A stretch of DNA of 64,000 nucleotides, from positions 1 through 64,000 of IMG/VR virus record IMGVR_UViG_3300025736_000010. One strand, given 5' to 3'. The notes under the pieces are model-generated. The model saw only the letters and a program-made list of their open reading frames with translations, was not told the DNA's origin and did not search any database. Each line of letters starts with the position of its first letter. Position 1 is the stretch's first letter. Source of the stretch: a virus. Below are positions 26,570 to 36,900 of this stretch, piece by piece. Both the position numbers and the translations under genes were made by a program.

Positions 26570-27991
26570 ATGACGAGTAAGGATGTAGAGAAGGCGCGGC
26601 CAAGGAAGATTATGAAGGAGCTTGGAGTTTCGGGCTTAAGCAGATGGGGAGGCAAGGTTACTGAGCAATTCTTGCCAGAACTTCGCGGCATCGCTGGTCG
26701 TAGAGTATTCAAACAGATGGGTACTGATCCTACAATTAGCGCTCTGTTATTCGCCATCAGACAAATAATACAGGCTGCTACTTGGGATACAAGGCCTCAT
26801 AAGGAAGACTCTTCCGAAGATGGCAAAAAAGCAGCTCAATTTGTCGACGAGGCACTAAACGACATGTCTAGGTCTTGGACCAGCACTGTTTCTGGCATTT
26901 GTAGTATGATGCAGTATGGATTTGACTACAGGGAGATATGCTATAAACAGAGAAACGGTCGTTACTCGAAGACGCCATCTGAGTATAATGATGGACGCAT
27001 AGGGCTCAAGAAGCTAGCTGGGCGTTCTCAACTTACAATAGATGAGTGGAAATTTGATTCGCATGGTGGCGTGCATGGTGCGGTTCAGCACGATGTGCAG
27101 GGAGACAAGGAAATATGGCTGCCCATTGAAAAGTGCCTGTTGTTTAGAACGGAAGAGAATATAGACAACCCAGAAGGAAATTCTATTCTATCTGGCGCGT
27201 ACACTTCGTGGTTTTTCCTTAGAAACTTCCGGGAGATTGAAGGCATTGGTTGCGAACGAGACCTAACTGGAATTCCAAAAGTGAGAGTACCGGCAGAATT
27301 ACTCACAAACTCCGAATTCGCCACAGAGTTGCAGAACTGGAAAAACCTCATATCTAATTTGCGAGTGGACGAGATGGATGGCTTAATTCTCCCGTTCGAT
27401 CCGCAAAACCCGGAATTGTATGATGTTACGCTTATGGCATCACCGGGCAAAAAAACATTTGATACCGATAAAATCATTGAGAGGTTAAAGGCAGAGATGG
27501 CATCAACGTGTTTGACTGACTTTATATTGCTTGGACACGCTAATGTGGGCTCGTTTGCGCTTGCCCGGTCGAAGCAGGACGCTCTAAACATCGCTATCTC
27601 AGGATGGCTTAGACTAATTGCTGGCGTGATTAATTCGCACTTAATACCGAAGCTAATGATGGTGAATGAGGAATTTAGAAACTTGGAGTATTATCCAGAA
27701 ATAGTCCCGGTCATGCCAAAAGTTCCGTCATATGCAGAATTGGCCGAAATGGTCCGCGCACTTGCATTTGCATCATTCCACATATCTTCTAACAAGCCTA
27801 TTTTGAACAGCATCTTAGGATCATACGGATTGCCAGAATTGTCTGATGATGAGTATAATGAATTAGTTGACAACGTTGTAGATGGGAAAATGTTGCCTGG
27901 GAAAGCTGATGATGTCAATGAGGAGCCCGATAACAGCGAAGATGCTGGAGGAGCGGAGAGCCTGTCGATAGAGGCGAAGGAAGAAGATTAG
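26570..27991 (+). CDS. portal protein (DUF935/Mu gp29-like)
   Basis: ELG.SGL, NPEG.SIL, E.IG.ERDL.G.P, GSFALA, N..LIP.L motifs; 473 aa. Confidence 0.88.
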   Translation: MTSKDVEKARPRKIMKELGVSGLSRWGGKVTEQFLPELRGIAGRRVFKQMGTDPTISALLFAIRQIIQAATWDTRPHKEDSSEDGKKAAQFVDEALNDMSRSWTSTVSGICSMMQYGFDYREICYKQRNGRYSKTPSEYNDGRIGLKKLAGRSQLTIDEWKFDSHGGVHGAVQHDVQGDKEIWLPIEKCLLFRTEENIDNPEGNSILSGAYTSWFFLRNFREIEGIGCERDLTGIPKVRVPAELLTNSEFATELQNWKNLISNLRVDEMDGLILPFDPQNPELYDVTLMASPGKKTFDTDKIIERLKAEMASTCLTDFILLGHANVGSFALARSKQDALNIAISGWLRLIAGVINSHLIPKLMMVNEEFRNLEYYPEIVPVMPKVPSYAELAEMVRALAFASFHISSNKPILNSILGSYGLPELSDDEYNELVDNVVDGKMLPGKADDVNEEPDNSEDAGGAESLSIEAKEED

Positions 27992-28014
27992 AGTGAGCTT
28001 GAAATTGGAGAGTA

Positions 28015-28767
28015 GTGATGAGCAAAAGAATTGACATGGCTGGGAAGCGATTTGGAAGACTCCTTGTCATTTCGTACTCACATACTGTGAAATCTAGACG
28101 TGCGCACTGGAATGTGCTGTGTGACTGTGGCACAGAAAAGACTGTCAGCGGTAAGTGTCTAAGATCTGGCTACACCAGAAGCTGTGGGTGCCTTCAGAAG
28201 GAATCCGCTCGTGCGACAGGTAAGTCGATGGCCGGGAAACTTCACCCGGATTGGGCCAAGCACGACTTAACTGGAAAAGAATTTGGGAGGCTTGTAGCTA
28301 TTAAGCGACTTGATAAACAAGAGGGTAGTGTGGTCAAGTATCTTTGCAAATGCGCGTGTGGAAATTTTAAGGAGATTGCAGCAAAGAGTCTTGTTGGAGG
28401 CCACACAAAATCTTGCGGGTGTCTGCAAAAGGAGACAGCTAGTAAGATGTGCAAGGAAAGAATTGGCGAACTTCATCCGAACTGGAACCCAACCCGCACA
28501 GATGAAGAACGGTCTGTGGCTAGGATGTACCCAGAATATTATGAGTGGCGGACAGCAGTTTTCGAGAGAGATAACCATACTTGTCAAAAGTGCGGCAAAA
28601 TAGGCGGGAAACTTAGAGCACATCACATAGATGGCTACGCAAACAATGAAGAGATGCGTTTAGAACTTTCAAACGGCGTTACATTATGTAAAAAGCATCA
28701 CGACGAACTCCACGATCTGTACGGATACGATGTCGGCAGGAAAAATCTCAACAAGTTTATAAAATAG
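28015..28767 (+). CDS. HNH homing endonuclease with duplicated Cys-rich DNA-binding modules
   Basis: D..G..FGRL..C.CG..SCGC twice; WR..VFERD..TCQKCG..HHI..NGVTLC..HH. Confidence 0.92.
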   Translation: MMSKRIDMAGKRFGRLLVISYSHTVKSRRAHWNVLCDCGTEKTVSGKCLRSGYTRSCGCLQKESARATGKSMAGKLHPDWAKHDLTGKEFGRLVAIKRLDKQEGSVVKYLCKCACGNFKEIAAKSLVGGHTKSCGCLQKETASKMCKERIGELHPNWNPTRTDEERSVARMYPEYYEWRTAVFERDNHTCQKCGKIGGKLRAHHIDGYANNEEMRLELSNGVTLCKKHHDELHDLYGYDVGRKNLNKFIK

Positions 28768-28779
28768 AACAGGGAGACT

Positions 28780-29383
28780 ATGATAATAACTCTGGAAGGC
28801 AATATTTCGTCAGGAAAGACAACCGTTGGGAACGCAATAGCCGAAACAGGCAGGGCTTCTTTCATAGAGGAGCCAGTAGGCATCTGGCAGACAAAGTATT
28901 CAGAGAACCTACTAGACTTGTTCTATAAAGACAAAAAACGATTTGCATACATGTTCCAGAATGCCGCATTTCTAAGTCGCGCAAAAAACAAGGTCAGAAA
29001 TCCTAGAAATGACAGACCATTCAAATACGTTTCTGGAAAGAAGTATCTATTCAGACAGATTCGTATTCGCGAAGTTATTGCATGAGACTGGCGATATGCT
29101 AGATGTCGAATGGGAGCTTTATTGCGAGATGTGGGATTGGCTGAATGAAAGATGGTGCGACGACTCAGACGTTACGGTATACATAAGGACGAGTGCGGAG
29201 ATATGCTTTGAAAGGATGGGCGGTCGTGGGAGGCAGGAGGAGACAGGCGTATCATTAGAATACTTGCAACTTTTAGAAGCCCAGCACGAAAGTTGGCTTT
29301 TTGGTAACAAATGTGTTATAATGGTTGACGGATCAGAAAAGATAGATCCAGAAGCACTGCTCGACAAACTTAACATAGCATGA
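28780..29383 (+). pseudogene. deoxynucleoside kinase with a one-base insertion in an A6 run (28983-28988)
   Basis: IITLEGNISSGKTT and EEPV in ORF1; ERSIYSD and RGR.EE in ORF2; removing one A joins them. Confidence 0.85.
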
Positions 29384-29395
29384 AAGGGAGACAAT

Positions 29396-29800
29396 ATGAG
29401 AACCAAAGTATCAATCGCAATACTTGCTCTTGCTTTTATTATCACGCTAGCGGGGTGCATTAACATGCAGACGCCGCCGGTTATCGGAAACATGATCGCA
29501 ACAAACGAATACGGAATTTACGCCGTTGGCCTTAAGGCTTACGTTGCTGATGACAACGCGATGCTTGTGTGGGATACTGGCGACGGAAAGAAAGAATACG
29601 GTGCTAATCCAACACACGACTACGATGAGCCTGGAGAATACACAGTTGTTTTAACAGCAACTATTCCATACGGACTGTCTTCAACCAAAGAATTACAGAT
29701 CGCTGTCCACTATAACGAGGTTTGTTTCTTTGAGAATGTACAGCCGGGATTCCCTTGGTGGTGCGAACCGCCGCAAACAGTAGAGGATTGGGAACTATAA
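29396..29800 (+). CDS. lipoprotein with PKD domain
   Basis: LAGC lipobox; WDTGDG...NPTH.Y..PG.YTV.LT. Confidence 0.85.
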   Translation: MRTKVSIAILALAFIITLAGCINMQTPPVIGNMIATNEYGIYAVGLKAYVADDNAMLVWDTGDGKKEYGANPTHDYDEPGEYTVVLTATIPYGLSSTKELQIAVHYNEVCFFENVQPGFPWWCEPPQTVEDWEL

Positions 29801-29982
29801 TGTATCTAAGTAATCTACCACCAGGAGTAACAGACGACATGATCCCAGGAAACAGACCAGAAGACAAAGAATGGGATAAATTCCATGAGTGGATTGATGA
29901 AATCGCTGAAGTATACGATATTTATAGCGCCGATGACTTCATGGACATTATCTTAGATGCGTTAAAAGAAAAGGGAGAATAA
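29800..29982 (+). CDS. small protein (NLPPGVT..MIPGNRPED)
   Basis: TAATG overlap. Confidence 0.7.
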   Translation: MYLSNLPPGVTDDMIPGNRPEDKEWDKFHEWIDEIAEVYDIYSADDFMDIILDALKEKGE

Positions 29983-29983
29983 C

Positions 29984-30583
29984 ATGATGCAAACAAGCAC
30001 CTGTATTGTTGGGCTGGAGCGCGACGGAAAAGTCTATATTGGCGGGGATTCTGCTGGAGTAACAGAAGGATTTGATAGGTCTGTACGTGTCGATGAAAAG
30101 GTGTTTATTTCAAACGATATGATCTTTGGATTTACTGATAGTTTCCGTATGGGGCAAATTCTTCGATATGTGTTTTCTCCTCCGGCGCAATCTGTAGGGC
30201 AAACTGATTTTGAATATCTTTGCGGACCTTGGACTGATGCGCTAATCGAATGCCTTAAAAGCAAAGGATATGCCACGATAGAGAACAATAACATTCGTGG
30301 TGGTACGTTCCTTTTAGGCTATAACGGCAAACTCTATCAAGTATACGAAGATTTCCAAATAGGCAAGCGGGTTGAGCCATATGATGCTTGCGGGTGCGCG
30401 TTTAACTATGCAATCGGCGTAATGGCCTTATTGGAAGACTATCTTGACACAGATATGACGCCGGAAGAAAAAATAACGAAGGCATTGGAAATCGCCGAAA
30501 GGTTTAGTGCCGGAGTAAGCGGACCGTTTGTTATTGAGTGCCTTGATGAAGATAATACAGAGTTCACATTTACGGAGGAATAG
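29984..30583 (+). CDS. HslV/proteasome-beta-like Ntn peptidase
   Basis: TCIVG...VYIGGDS...KVF...G..YA.G..AL..AE. Confidence 0.85.
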   Translation: MMQTSTCIVGLERDGKVYIGGDSAGVTEGFDRSVRVDEKVFISNDMIFGFTDSFRMGQILRYVFSPPAQSVGQTDFEYLCGPWTDALIECLKSKGYATIENNNIRGGTFLLGYNGKLYQVYEDFQIGKRVEPYDACGCAFNYAIGVMALLEDYLDTDMTPEEKITKALEIAERFSAGVSGPFVIECLDEDNTEFTFTEE

Positions 30584-31150
30584 ATGAAGAAGATGTTTGG
30601 CGTTTTGAACGATAAACAGATTAAGGAATTATGTAGTACTGGCGATCCAATGATTAGCCCTTTCATCGACGAACAGGTTGGGTATCCAAGCAAAGGAAAC
30701 GGGTACTTTGGGTACGATATCACACTTGGAGAAAACTTTAAGCGACAGACAAAGACAAGCGGAACGATTAGCCCTGGGACTGATAACTCTTCTCAGTGGG
30801 AAGAATTTAGCTCGGATGACTTTATTATCCTTGAACCTGGGGAAATCATCCTCGCTGAGTCCGTAGAGCAGTTTTCAATTCCAAGAAATGTTATGGGGAT
30901 TTGTTTCGGAAAAAGCACCTATTGCCGTTGTGGTGTGCATGTCAACATGTCTCCTTTAGAGGCGGGGTGGCGAGGGCGCTTAGTTATCGAGATTTCAAAT
31001 CAAAGCAGATACAAGAATGTAAACCTTATTGTTGGCGGCGGAATAGCGCAATTGGTATTCTTTGCAGGCGAATATCCGTCTGCTGGATATGGAGAAAAGG
31101 ATGCGGGGGGTAGCTACCAGGGCCAAGATTCTATCTGGTTGCCAAAATAA
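30584..31150 (+). CDS. dcd: dCTP deaminase
   Basis: GYDI.L, GKSTY.RCG, PLEAGW.G.L.IEISN, GIAQL.F, YQGQ. Confidence 0.93.
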   Translation: MKKMFGVLNDKQIKELCSTGDPMISPFIDEQVGYPSKGNGYFGYDITLGENFKRQTKTSGTISPGTDNSSQWEEFSSDDFIILEPGEIILAESVEQFSIPRNVMGICFGKSTYCRCGVHVNMSPLEAGWRGRLVIEISNQSRYKNVNLIVGGGIAQLVFFAGEYPSAGYGEKDAGGSYQGQDSIWLPK

Positions 31151-31152
31151 TT

Positions 31153-32040
31153 ATGAATCTAAAATACATTAAGAAGTTAGCAGAAGCGGACATTTGGAAT
31201 GCAGGGAAGATTACCCTGTATGACTTCTCCAGAGCCAACCTAAACCAAGAATCACGAGAAGAAGCAGTGACGCTCGTAGCGTCTGAATGTTATGGATCTG
31301 AACCAACTGATCGCAAAAAACTATACAACAAACTTATGACAGAACATTGCGGTGGGCCTACATCAAGCGCTGAGTTCTGTCGTGACTGGGATGACACATC
31401 AATCGGCGGAAGCCTGCGAAACAACAAAACACTACGCACATTCGAGAACACAATATCAGACATTATGGGTCCTGCTTTCTTTACCAGCGCGTGCTTTAAT
31501 GGCGTCGCTACATTCAGGCTGAAAGTCCCGATGTTTATTGGCGAGCAGATTTTACGGCACAGAAGTTTTGCGTTTCAAAAACAGTCTCGCAGGTATCAGG
31601 ATAACGAAAAAGCTCCGTTTGAGTTTTGGTATGATTCAGCGGAAATAGAAGATACTGAATTAAACGACCACTCAATTCGAGCGTATAATTCTCTAATAAA
31701 GCAAGGGTACAAGCCTGAAATTGCTAGGTCGAAGATACTACAATCTGCCTATTCGTCTTTCTTCGTGCAGGGTGACATCCCGGCATGGGCGAACTACTTT
31801 AATGTTAGGCTAATGCCGTCGGCGCAGGAAGCGCACATAGAACTAGCCAAAGCAATGTTCGCAATGTTGCGAGAACACCAACCGCGATTCTTTGAACACA
31901 TGCATGGATATGTTGACAACGGGTCCGAAATGGGGTATAATAGTGGTGATGGAATGATCGACGTGGATGAAGCGGCTAAAAGCATTAGAAAAACAATAGC
32001 CGCCGATCTTTCCGCTGATAGGCCAGACAGACATGACTGA
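31153..32040 (+). CDS. thyX: FAD-dependent thymidylate synthase
   Basis: QILRHRSFAFQKQSRRY (RHRx7S), PEIAR, R..PSAQ. Confidence 0.85.
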   Translation: MNLKYIKKLAEADIWNAGKITLYDFSRANLNQESREEAVTLVASECYGSEPTDRKKLYNKLMTEHCGGPTSSAEFCRDWDDTSIGGSLRNNKTLRTFENTISDIMGPAFFTSACFNGVATFRLKVPMFIGEQILRHRSFAFQKQSRRYQDNEKAPFEFWYDSAEIEDTELNDHSIRAYNSLIKQGYKPEIARSKILQSAYSSFFVQGDIPAWANYFNVRLMPSAQEAHIELAKAMFAMLREHQPRFFEHMHGYVDNGSEMGYNSGDGMIDVDEAAKSIRKTIAADLSADRPDRHD

Positions 32041-32050
32041 AGGAGTTAAA

Positions 32051-32293
32051 ATGGATAAAGAAAAGATTAACGGGATGCTTGCGGACGCGATTGAAGACGG
32101 GAAGTCAGCAATGGAATATATGGTCGATGTGTTTGCAGCAACGGGAATAACAGACTCATTGACTGATCTTGCTGAAGCGCTAGAAGATGTTGCAGACATG
32201 GCGCATGATGCGGGAATAACTATTCGCGAAACAGCATTGGCGGCGGGAATACTCGGAGTTGAAGATTTGGATGAGAATTGCGGAAAAGATTAG
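32051..32293 (+). CDS. acidic helical hypothetical protein
   Basis: AAGGAG RBS. Confidence 0.65.
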   Translation: MDKEKINGMLADAIEDGKSAMEYMVDVFAATGITDSLTDLAEALEDVADMAHDAGITIRETALAAGILGVEDLDENCGKD

Positions 32294-32477
32294 AGAAGAG
32301 ATTGAAAAACAATCTGGAAAACATTATTCACAGAAAGAAGCCGATATGGTTGAGCTAATCATAGAGGCAGGAACATCACATATACGCGCAACAACTGAAT
32401 CAATGCTAGAAGAACACTTATTTGATTTTAGCAGATCACAAGTAGAAATTCTTGATGAAATTATAGAGTCATTGTAA
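32271..32477 (+). CDS. hypothetical protein
   Basis: Fills the gap in the operon. Confidence 0.6.
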   Translation: MRIAEKIREEIEKQSGKHYSQKEADMVELIIEAGTSHIRATTESMLEEHLFDFSRSQVEILDEIIESL

Positions 32478-32486
32478 GGGAGGAAT

Positions 32487-33302
32487 ATGAAACGCATAGC
32501 AAGTATAGCAGATATGCATTGTGGCCATCGAGCCGGATTGACGCCAACACAATATCTATCACCAGATCCTAAATGGCGTGATGTAGAAGAGGACTTATGG
32601 ACTCGCTATTTGGACTTGGTAAAGCAATTTGATACTCCAGATATTCTAATTGTTAACGGTGATTGCATCGACGGGCGCGGTGAGCGTAGCGGCGGGACTG
32701 AACTTATAGCCCCATCTTTAGCTACGCAACGAGACATGGCGGTTAAGTGCATAATGCAGTGGAAAGCACCAAAAGTAGTTATTTCTCGTGGGACAGATTA
32801 TCATACGAGCTGGGGAGGAGAAGACTGGGAAGATCTAGTTGCCGAAAAAGTTCTAGCCGAAACAGAAAAACTATACCCTAACAAAGAAGTCACGGTGGTA
32901 ATCAAAGATCACCCATTCATCAATGTAGATGGCGTAACGTTCGACATCAAACACCACATTGGAAGTTCAGCAGTTCCTTACGGAAGCGGCACTGCAATCG
33001 AAAAAGACAAGACATGGAACGAACAATGGTGGATGAACGATGAGGGGCAACCGCTAGCTGATGTAATTATGCGAGCACACGCCCATATTTGTCACGGATC
33101 TTACGGCTATCGCGGCTCTCGACGATGGGATGCAATCCGTCTAGCTGCGCTACAAGCCGCTGGGACAAAGTACGGTGGTCGTAGATGCAGCCGAACAGTC
33201 CATTGGGGAATCCAGTATGGCGACGTAGATAACGAGCGATACCGGTTTGACGATTTCATTGCCCGTGTTAAAGGGAACCAAGTAAAGGCGGTGAAAATGT
33301 GA
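32487..33302 (+). CDS. calcineurin-like metallophosphoesterase
   Basis: DMHCG, NGDCIDG, GT.YH, KHH, AHAH. Confidence 0.85.
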   Translation: MKRIASIADMHCGHRAGLTPTQYLSPDPKWRDVEEDLWTRYLDLVKQFDTPDILIVNGDCIDGRGERSGGTELIAPSLATQRDMAVKCIMQWKAPKVVISRGTDYHTSWGGEDWEDLVAEKVLAETEKLYPNKEVTVVIKDHPFINVDGVTFDIKHHIGSSAVPYGSGTAIEKDKTWNEQWWMNDEGQPLADVIMRAHAHICHGSYGYRGSRRWDAIRLAALQAAGTKYGGRRCSRTVHWGIQYGDVDNERYRFDDFIARVKGNQVKAVKM

Positions 33303-33547
33303 ACGAGATAGAGACGATTATTGTTCCAGAAGAAACACCTGATCCATACCAATACCCGCTGTGGTCGCCAGGCGAGGAAGGTACGCTACGTAGATGGTAT
33401 CACACTCTTGGGATTACTCAATGTACCGAACATTGGTATAAACTTACTGGGCGGGATAGATCCTATAAGCAGATTGAAAGAAAGGCAAATAGTATGCTCG
33501 TGTCCGGGAACATTCCAGACGACTTCTTGGAGTTGCTTGGCAACTAG
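33299..33547 (+). CDS. small Myb/HTH-like protein
   Basis: WSP.EE..LR..Y...RS.KQI..KA. Confidence 0.55.
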   Translation: MNEIETIIVPEETPDPYQYPLWSPGEEGTLRRWYHTLGITQCTEHWYKLTGRDRSYKQIERKANSMLVSGNIPDDFLELLGN

Positions 33548-33561
33548 GGCGGAGGAAATAA

Positions 33562-33801
33562 ATGGCGATATGGTGCTGGGTTTTAATTGGACACACTTTG
33601 GTTTGGGCAGCCAGCAGCTCTTTGGTTAATTTCTTCAGCCCTGAGTTATGGGATGAAACTTCATTAGGCGATAAGGTAATTGGATATTTCGTTGCAGAAA
33701 GGCAGCTCTATAGAGGGATAAAAGTCCTTATACTGTATAGGAAGAAACTATTCCCGAATATATACAAAAATAGCCAGGACGAGGACGAATACGATGACTG
33801 A
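33562..33801 (+). CDS. hypothetical membrane protein
   Basis: GGAGG RBS. Confidence 0.65.
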   Translation: MAIWCWVLIGHTLVWAASSSLVNFFSPELWDETSLGDKVIGYFVAERQLYRGIKVLILYRKKLFPNIYKNSQDEDEYDD

Positions 33802-34051
33802 GAGTTTAGCACAGAAACTATTTGCGGCGCTTAGTAAGAACAGCGGAATGTACCTAAACGACTATGAAGTGGCTCGCATGTCAGGATTGTCAGAGGATGA
33901 ACTTGAACTGGCGAAAAGCGAACTTGATGAAATACTAAAAGGAAGCGATACGTCAATAACGGTAACAAAAAAAGGTGATAGAAGGTGGAAGATGGTTTCT
34001 CGAAGGCCGAAAGTAAAAAAGGAAGAGGAGAAGCAAGTCGGGTTATTTTAA
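33794..34051 (+). CDS. hypothetical protein
   Basis: GAGG RBS; overlap. Confidence 0.65.
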   Translation: MTESLAQKLFAALSKNSGMYLNDYEVARMSGLSEDELELAKSELDEILKGSDTSITVTKKGDRRWKMVSRRPKVKKEEEKQVGLF

Positions 34052-34053
34052 TT

Positions 34054-35148
34054 ATGGATAAAAAAGTAATGGTAATAAGCGGATGTAGGCCGGAAATTAT
34101 TAAAATGTTTCCTATAATCGAAGAGCTTAGAAACAGAGACATTGAGTGCGTTCATGTGCATACCGGCCAACATACAGACCTAGCGATGTCAACGATGGAA
34201 GCCCTGGGGATATATCCAGACATTGAATTCTCGGCGATAGAGCATTCTGTGGGATTCGCCAACTCGTCATTGTCGTATATTTTGGACAAACTAGACGGTG
34301 TTATCATCAATGACATAAGCCCAAGCGTTGTTGTGGTCCAGGGCGACACCTCGACTACGCTCGCTGGTGCATTATTCGCGTTTCATCACGAGATCCCTTT
34401 GGTCTATGTGGAAAGCGGCCTGAGAACATATAAAAAAGAACCATATCCAGAGGAGATAAACAGGCAGATCATAGCAAGAATCGCCGACGTTAACTGCTGC
34501 CCTACTAAAAACGCAATGAACAATTTAATCAGTGAAAACGTAATCGGCGAGAAATACGTAGCTGGAAATACAGAGGTAGACGCCATATATTACGCGCTCG
34601 ATAACTGCGTTCCTAAGAAGTGTTACAGCGTTGACGACGGGCGTAGAACAATCGTAGTTACATTACATCGGCGCGAAAGTATAGGAATGCCAATGCGAAA
34701 TGTTTGCAGAGATATTGTGAAGGTCGCAGAAACAACACCTGTGGATGTAATCGTAACAAAGCATCCAAATCCCGGTGTGTCGAAAATCATCGAGGAAGAA
34801 CTGGAAAACATTGATCTGCAACTTAATAGCACGATGCTTGTAGTAGAGCCAATGGATTTCGTGTCGTTTGCGCATCAAATGGCAAAATCCACACTAATCA
34901 TCACAGACTCAGGTGGAATACAAGAGTCGGCATCGGCATTAGGAATTCCAGTAGTTGTGGCTAGAAACGTTACAGACAGGCCAGAATGTTCATCAGTTAT
35001 AGCAGGAACAAACGCCGGAAACGTATACACAGCGGTAATGAAAATATTGAAATCGCAAGAACTGTACGACGAAATGGCAAAAGCAAAGTGTCCGTTTGGA
35101 GATGGACATGCGGCGGAAAAGATAGTTGACTTGATATTGGAGGTGTGA
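34054..35148 (+). CDS. wecB: UDP-N-acetylglucosamine 2-epimerase
   Basis: GCRPE.IK, TGQH, VQGDT, ESGLRT, PEE.NR, TLHRRE, TDSGGIQE, PFGDG. Confidence 0.93.
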   Translation: MDKKVMVISGCRPEIIKMFPIIEELRNRDIECVHVHTGQHTDLAMSTMEALGIYPDIEFSAIEHSVGFANSSLSYILDKLDGVIINDISPSVVVVQGDTSTTLAGALFAFHHEIPLVYVESGLRTYKKEPYPEEINRQIIARIADVNCCPTKNAMNNLISENVIGEKYVAGNTEVDAIYYALDNCVPKKCYSVDDGRRTIVVTLHRRESIGMPMRNVCRDIVKVAETTPVDVIVTKHPNPGVSKIIEEELENIDLQLNSTMLVVEPMDFVSFAHQMAKSTLIITDSGGIQESASALGIPVVVARNVTDRPECSSVIAGTNAGNVYTAVMKILKSQELYDEMAKAKCPFGDGHAAEKIVDLILEV

Positions 35149-35149
35149 A

Positions 35150-35377
35150 ATGTATTCAGTTTATTTAGTATATGAAGACAACGAACATAGACACGCCGTT
35201 AAGGACGTGATAGGCATTTTTTTTGAACAGATTGACGCTTATGAATGGGCGGCAAAACTAGAAAAGGAAAGAGACGACAACGAACGCGAAAGAGCGAAGA
35301 CATCGACTATTGGTTTTATTGAGCCTGAAGACCGAGACTGGCGATGTTTTACAGTAGAACATTGGAACGTAAGATAA
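35150..35377 (+). CDS. hypothetical protein
   Basis: GGAGGTG RBS. Confidence 0.7.
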   Translation: MYSVYLVYEDNEHRHAVKDVIGIFFEQIDAYEWAAKLEKERDDNERERAKTSTIGFIEPEDRDWRCFTVEHWNVR

Positions 35378-35428
35378 AAACACTTGACATTTACAAGAAA
35401 TGTAGTATAATATAGAAAAGGAGGATAC

Positions 35429-35617
35429 ATGGACATACTTAAGTTCTCTAAAATAATAACACTTATGTCCACTCAGACTTGGCGAGATGTGTATTTCGAG
35501 ATGCTGTACCAAATGAAGAATTCAGATGGTGCTTGCCAACGTGCGTTCAATAATAGGATGCGGTCTATCGGTATGGCTGAATTTGCCGAAGATATATCGC
35601 ACAGACTTAGGTGGTGA
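35429..35617 (+). CDS. hypothetical protein
   Basis: Promoter 35384-35411; AAGGAGG RBS. Confidence 0.7.
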   Translation: MDILKFSKIITLMSTQTWRDVYFEMLYQMKNSDGACQRAFNNRMRSIGMAEFAEDISHRLRW

Positions 35618-35883
35618 CAACAATGAATATAGCCAAGCAAGAGTTCGATAAAATTCAAAAGAAACACAAAAGAGACCTAGCAGAAAGAGAGATTGATATC
35701 AAGAGGATGATGGGTGTTCTGGCGAGTTTGCTGGATCTATTCTCGGATACTAAATCGCCGGAGGATCTGACGTGGGCGCTTGAAAACATCAGCGAGTCAT
35801 CGACAGATGCTATTATTGCTAGATGCGCTGAGGCGTCGAGTTTGGTGGAGCTTTTGGAGCAGAAGTATCTATTTGAAGCGTAA
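35611..35883 (+). CDS. hypothetical protein
   Basis: Operon packing. Confidence 0.65.
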   Translation: MVTTMNIAKQEFDKIQKKHKRDLAEREIDIKRMMGVLASLLDLFSDTKSPEDLTWALENISESSTDAIIARCAEASSLVELLEQKYLFEA

Positions 35884-35889
35884 TATAGG

Positions 35890-36900
35890 ATGGTTAACGT
35901 GGCTAAAATAATTACGGCAGATGTGCTGGAGTGGTGCAAAACATACGATGGGCCTAAGTTCCATGCAATTCTATGTGACCCTCCTTACGAGTTAGGGTTC
36001 ATGGGGAAAAATTGGGATAAGACAGGCATTGTGTTTGATCCGGCGACTTGGGAGGCGTTGGCCGAACATCTATATCCCGGTGGATTTGGGATGGCGTTTG
36101 CATCATCGAGGGGATGGCATCGTTTAGCTGTAGCGATTGAGGATGCTGGATTGCGTATACACCCAAGTATTTTTGGTTGGAATTTTGGCTCGGGATTTCC
36201 AAAAGCTACAAGGGTAAAGGGTTCTGAGGTATTTGAAGGCCATCGGTATGGTCTACAGGCAATGAAACCAGCACTTGAGCCGATCATTATTTTTCAGAAA
36301 AACTACGAAGGAAAGCCAGTAGAGAGCATAGTAGAGACAGGTGCTGGGGCGTTGAACATTGACGGGGCGCGGATCGGGACAGAGGAAAGAGAGTACAATT
36401 TGAAGGGCGGCGAAAACTTAAACAAATTATCTCGCAAAGATGGACATGATTCCGAATCAGCTAAGGGCTGCGGAGCTTACGGAATAGGCGCAAAACAAAC
36501 ATCTATCGGCAGTAAAACAGTACAAGGCCGCTGGCCCGCAAATTTCTACGTAGACGAAGAAGCAGCGGCAAGGCTTGGCGAGCAGAGCGGGGAGCGAAAG
36601 AGTTCGATATACGATACGAGCAAAGGAGACACATGTGGATTCCACGATTCTCTTGGGAGAAAGAAATTGCGCAAACGTACTGATGTTGGTGGCTACGATG
36701 ACACCGGCACAGCCGCAAGATTCTTCTTCAACGTAAACCGTCAGATAGACGAATCAGATCCTGTACTGTATCAAGCGAAGACGTCTAGGAAAGAGAGGGA
36801 TGCGGGGTTGGATGACATGGCTAGCATTAGAGAAAATCTAACGGACAAAGAACGTGAATATGTTATGGTGGAGTTGAGGAAACATGGGTTTCTTGAATAG
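35890..36900 (+). CDS. DNA methyltransferase, N-terminal (DPPY catalytic) part
   Basis: CDPPYELGFMGK.WD, GSGFPK, KPA.EPI, GRWPAN, ARFF, AK.SRKER; lacks motif I. Confidence 0.9.
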   Translation: MVNVAKIITADVLEWCKTYDGPKFHAILCDPPYELGFMGKNWDKTGIVFDPATWEALAEHLYPGGFGMAFASSRGWHRLAVAIEDAGLRIHPSIFGWNFGSGFPKATRVKGSEVFEGHRYGLQAMKPALEPIIIFQKNYEGKPVESIVETGAGALNIDGARIGTEEREYNLKGGENLNKLSRKDGHDSESAKGCGAYGIGAKQTSIGSKTVQGRWPANFYVDEEAAARLGEQSGERKSSIYDTSKGDTCGFHDSLGRKKLRKRTDVGGYDDTGTAARFFFNVNRQIDESDPVLYQAKTSRKERDAGLDDMASIRENLTDKEREYVMVELRKHGFLE

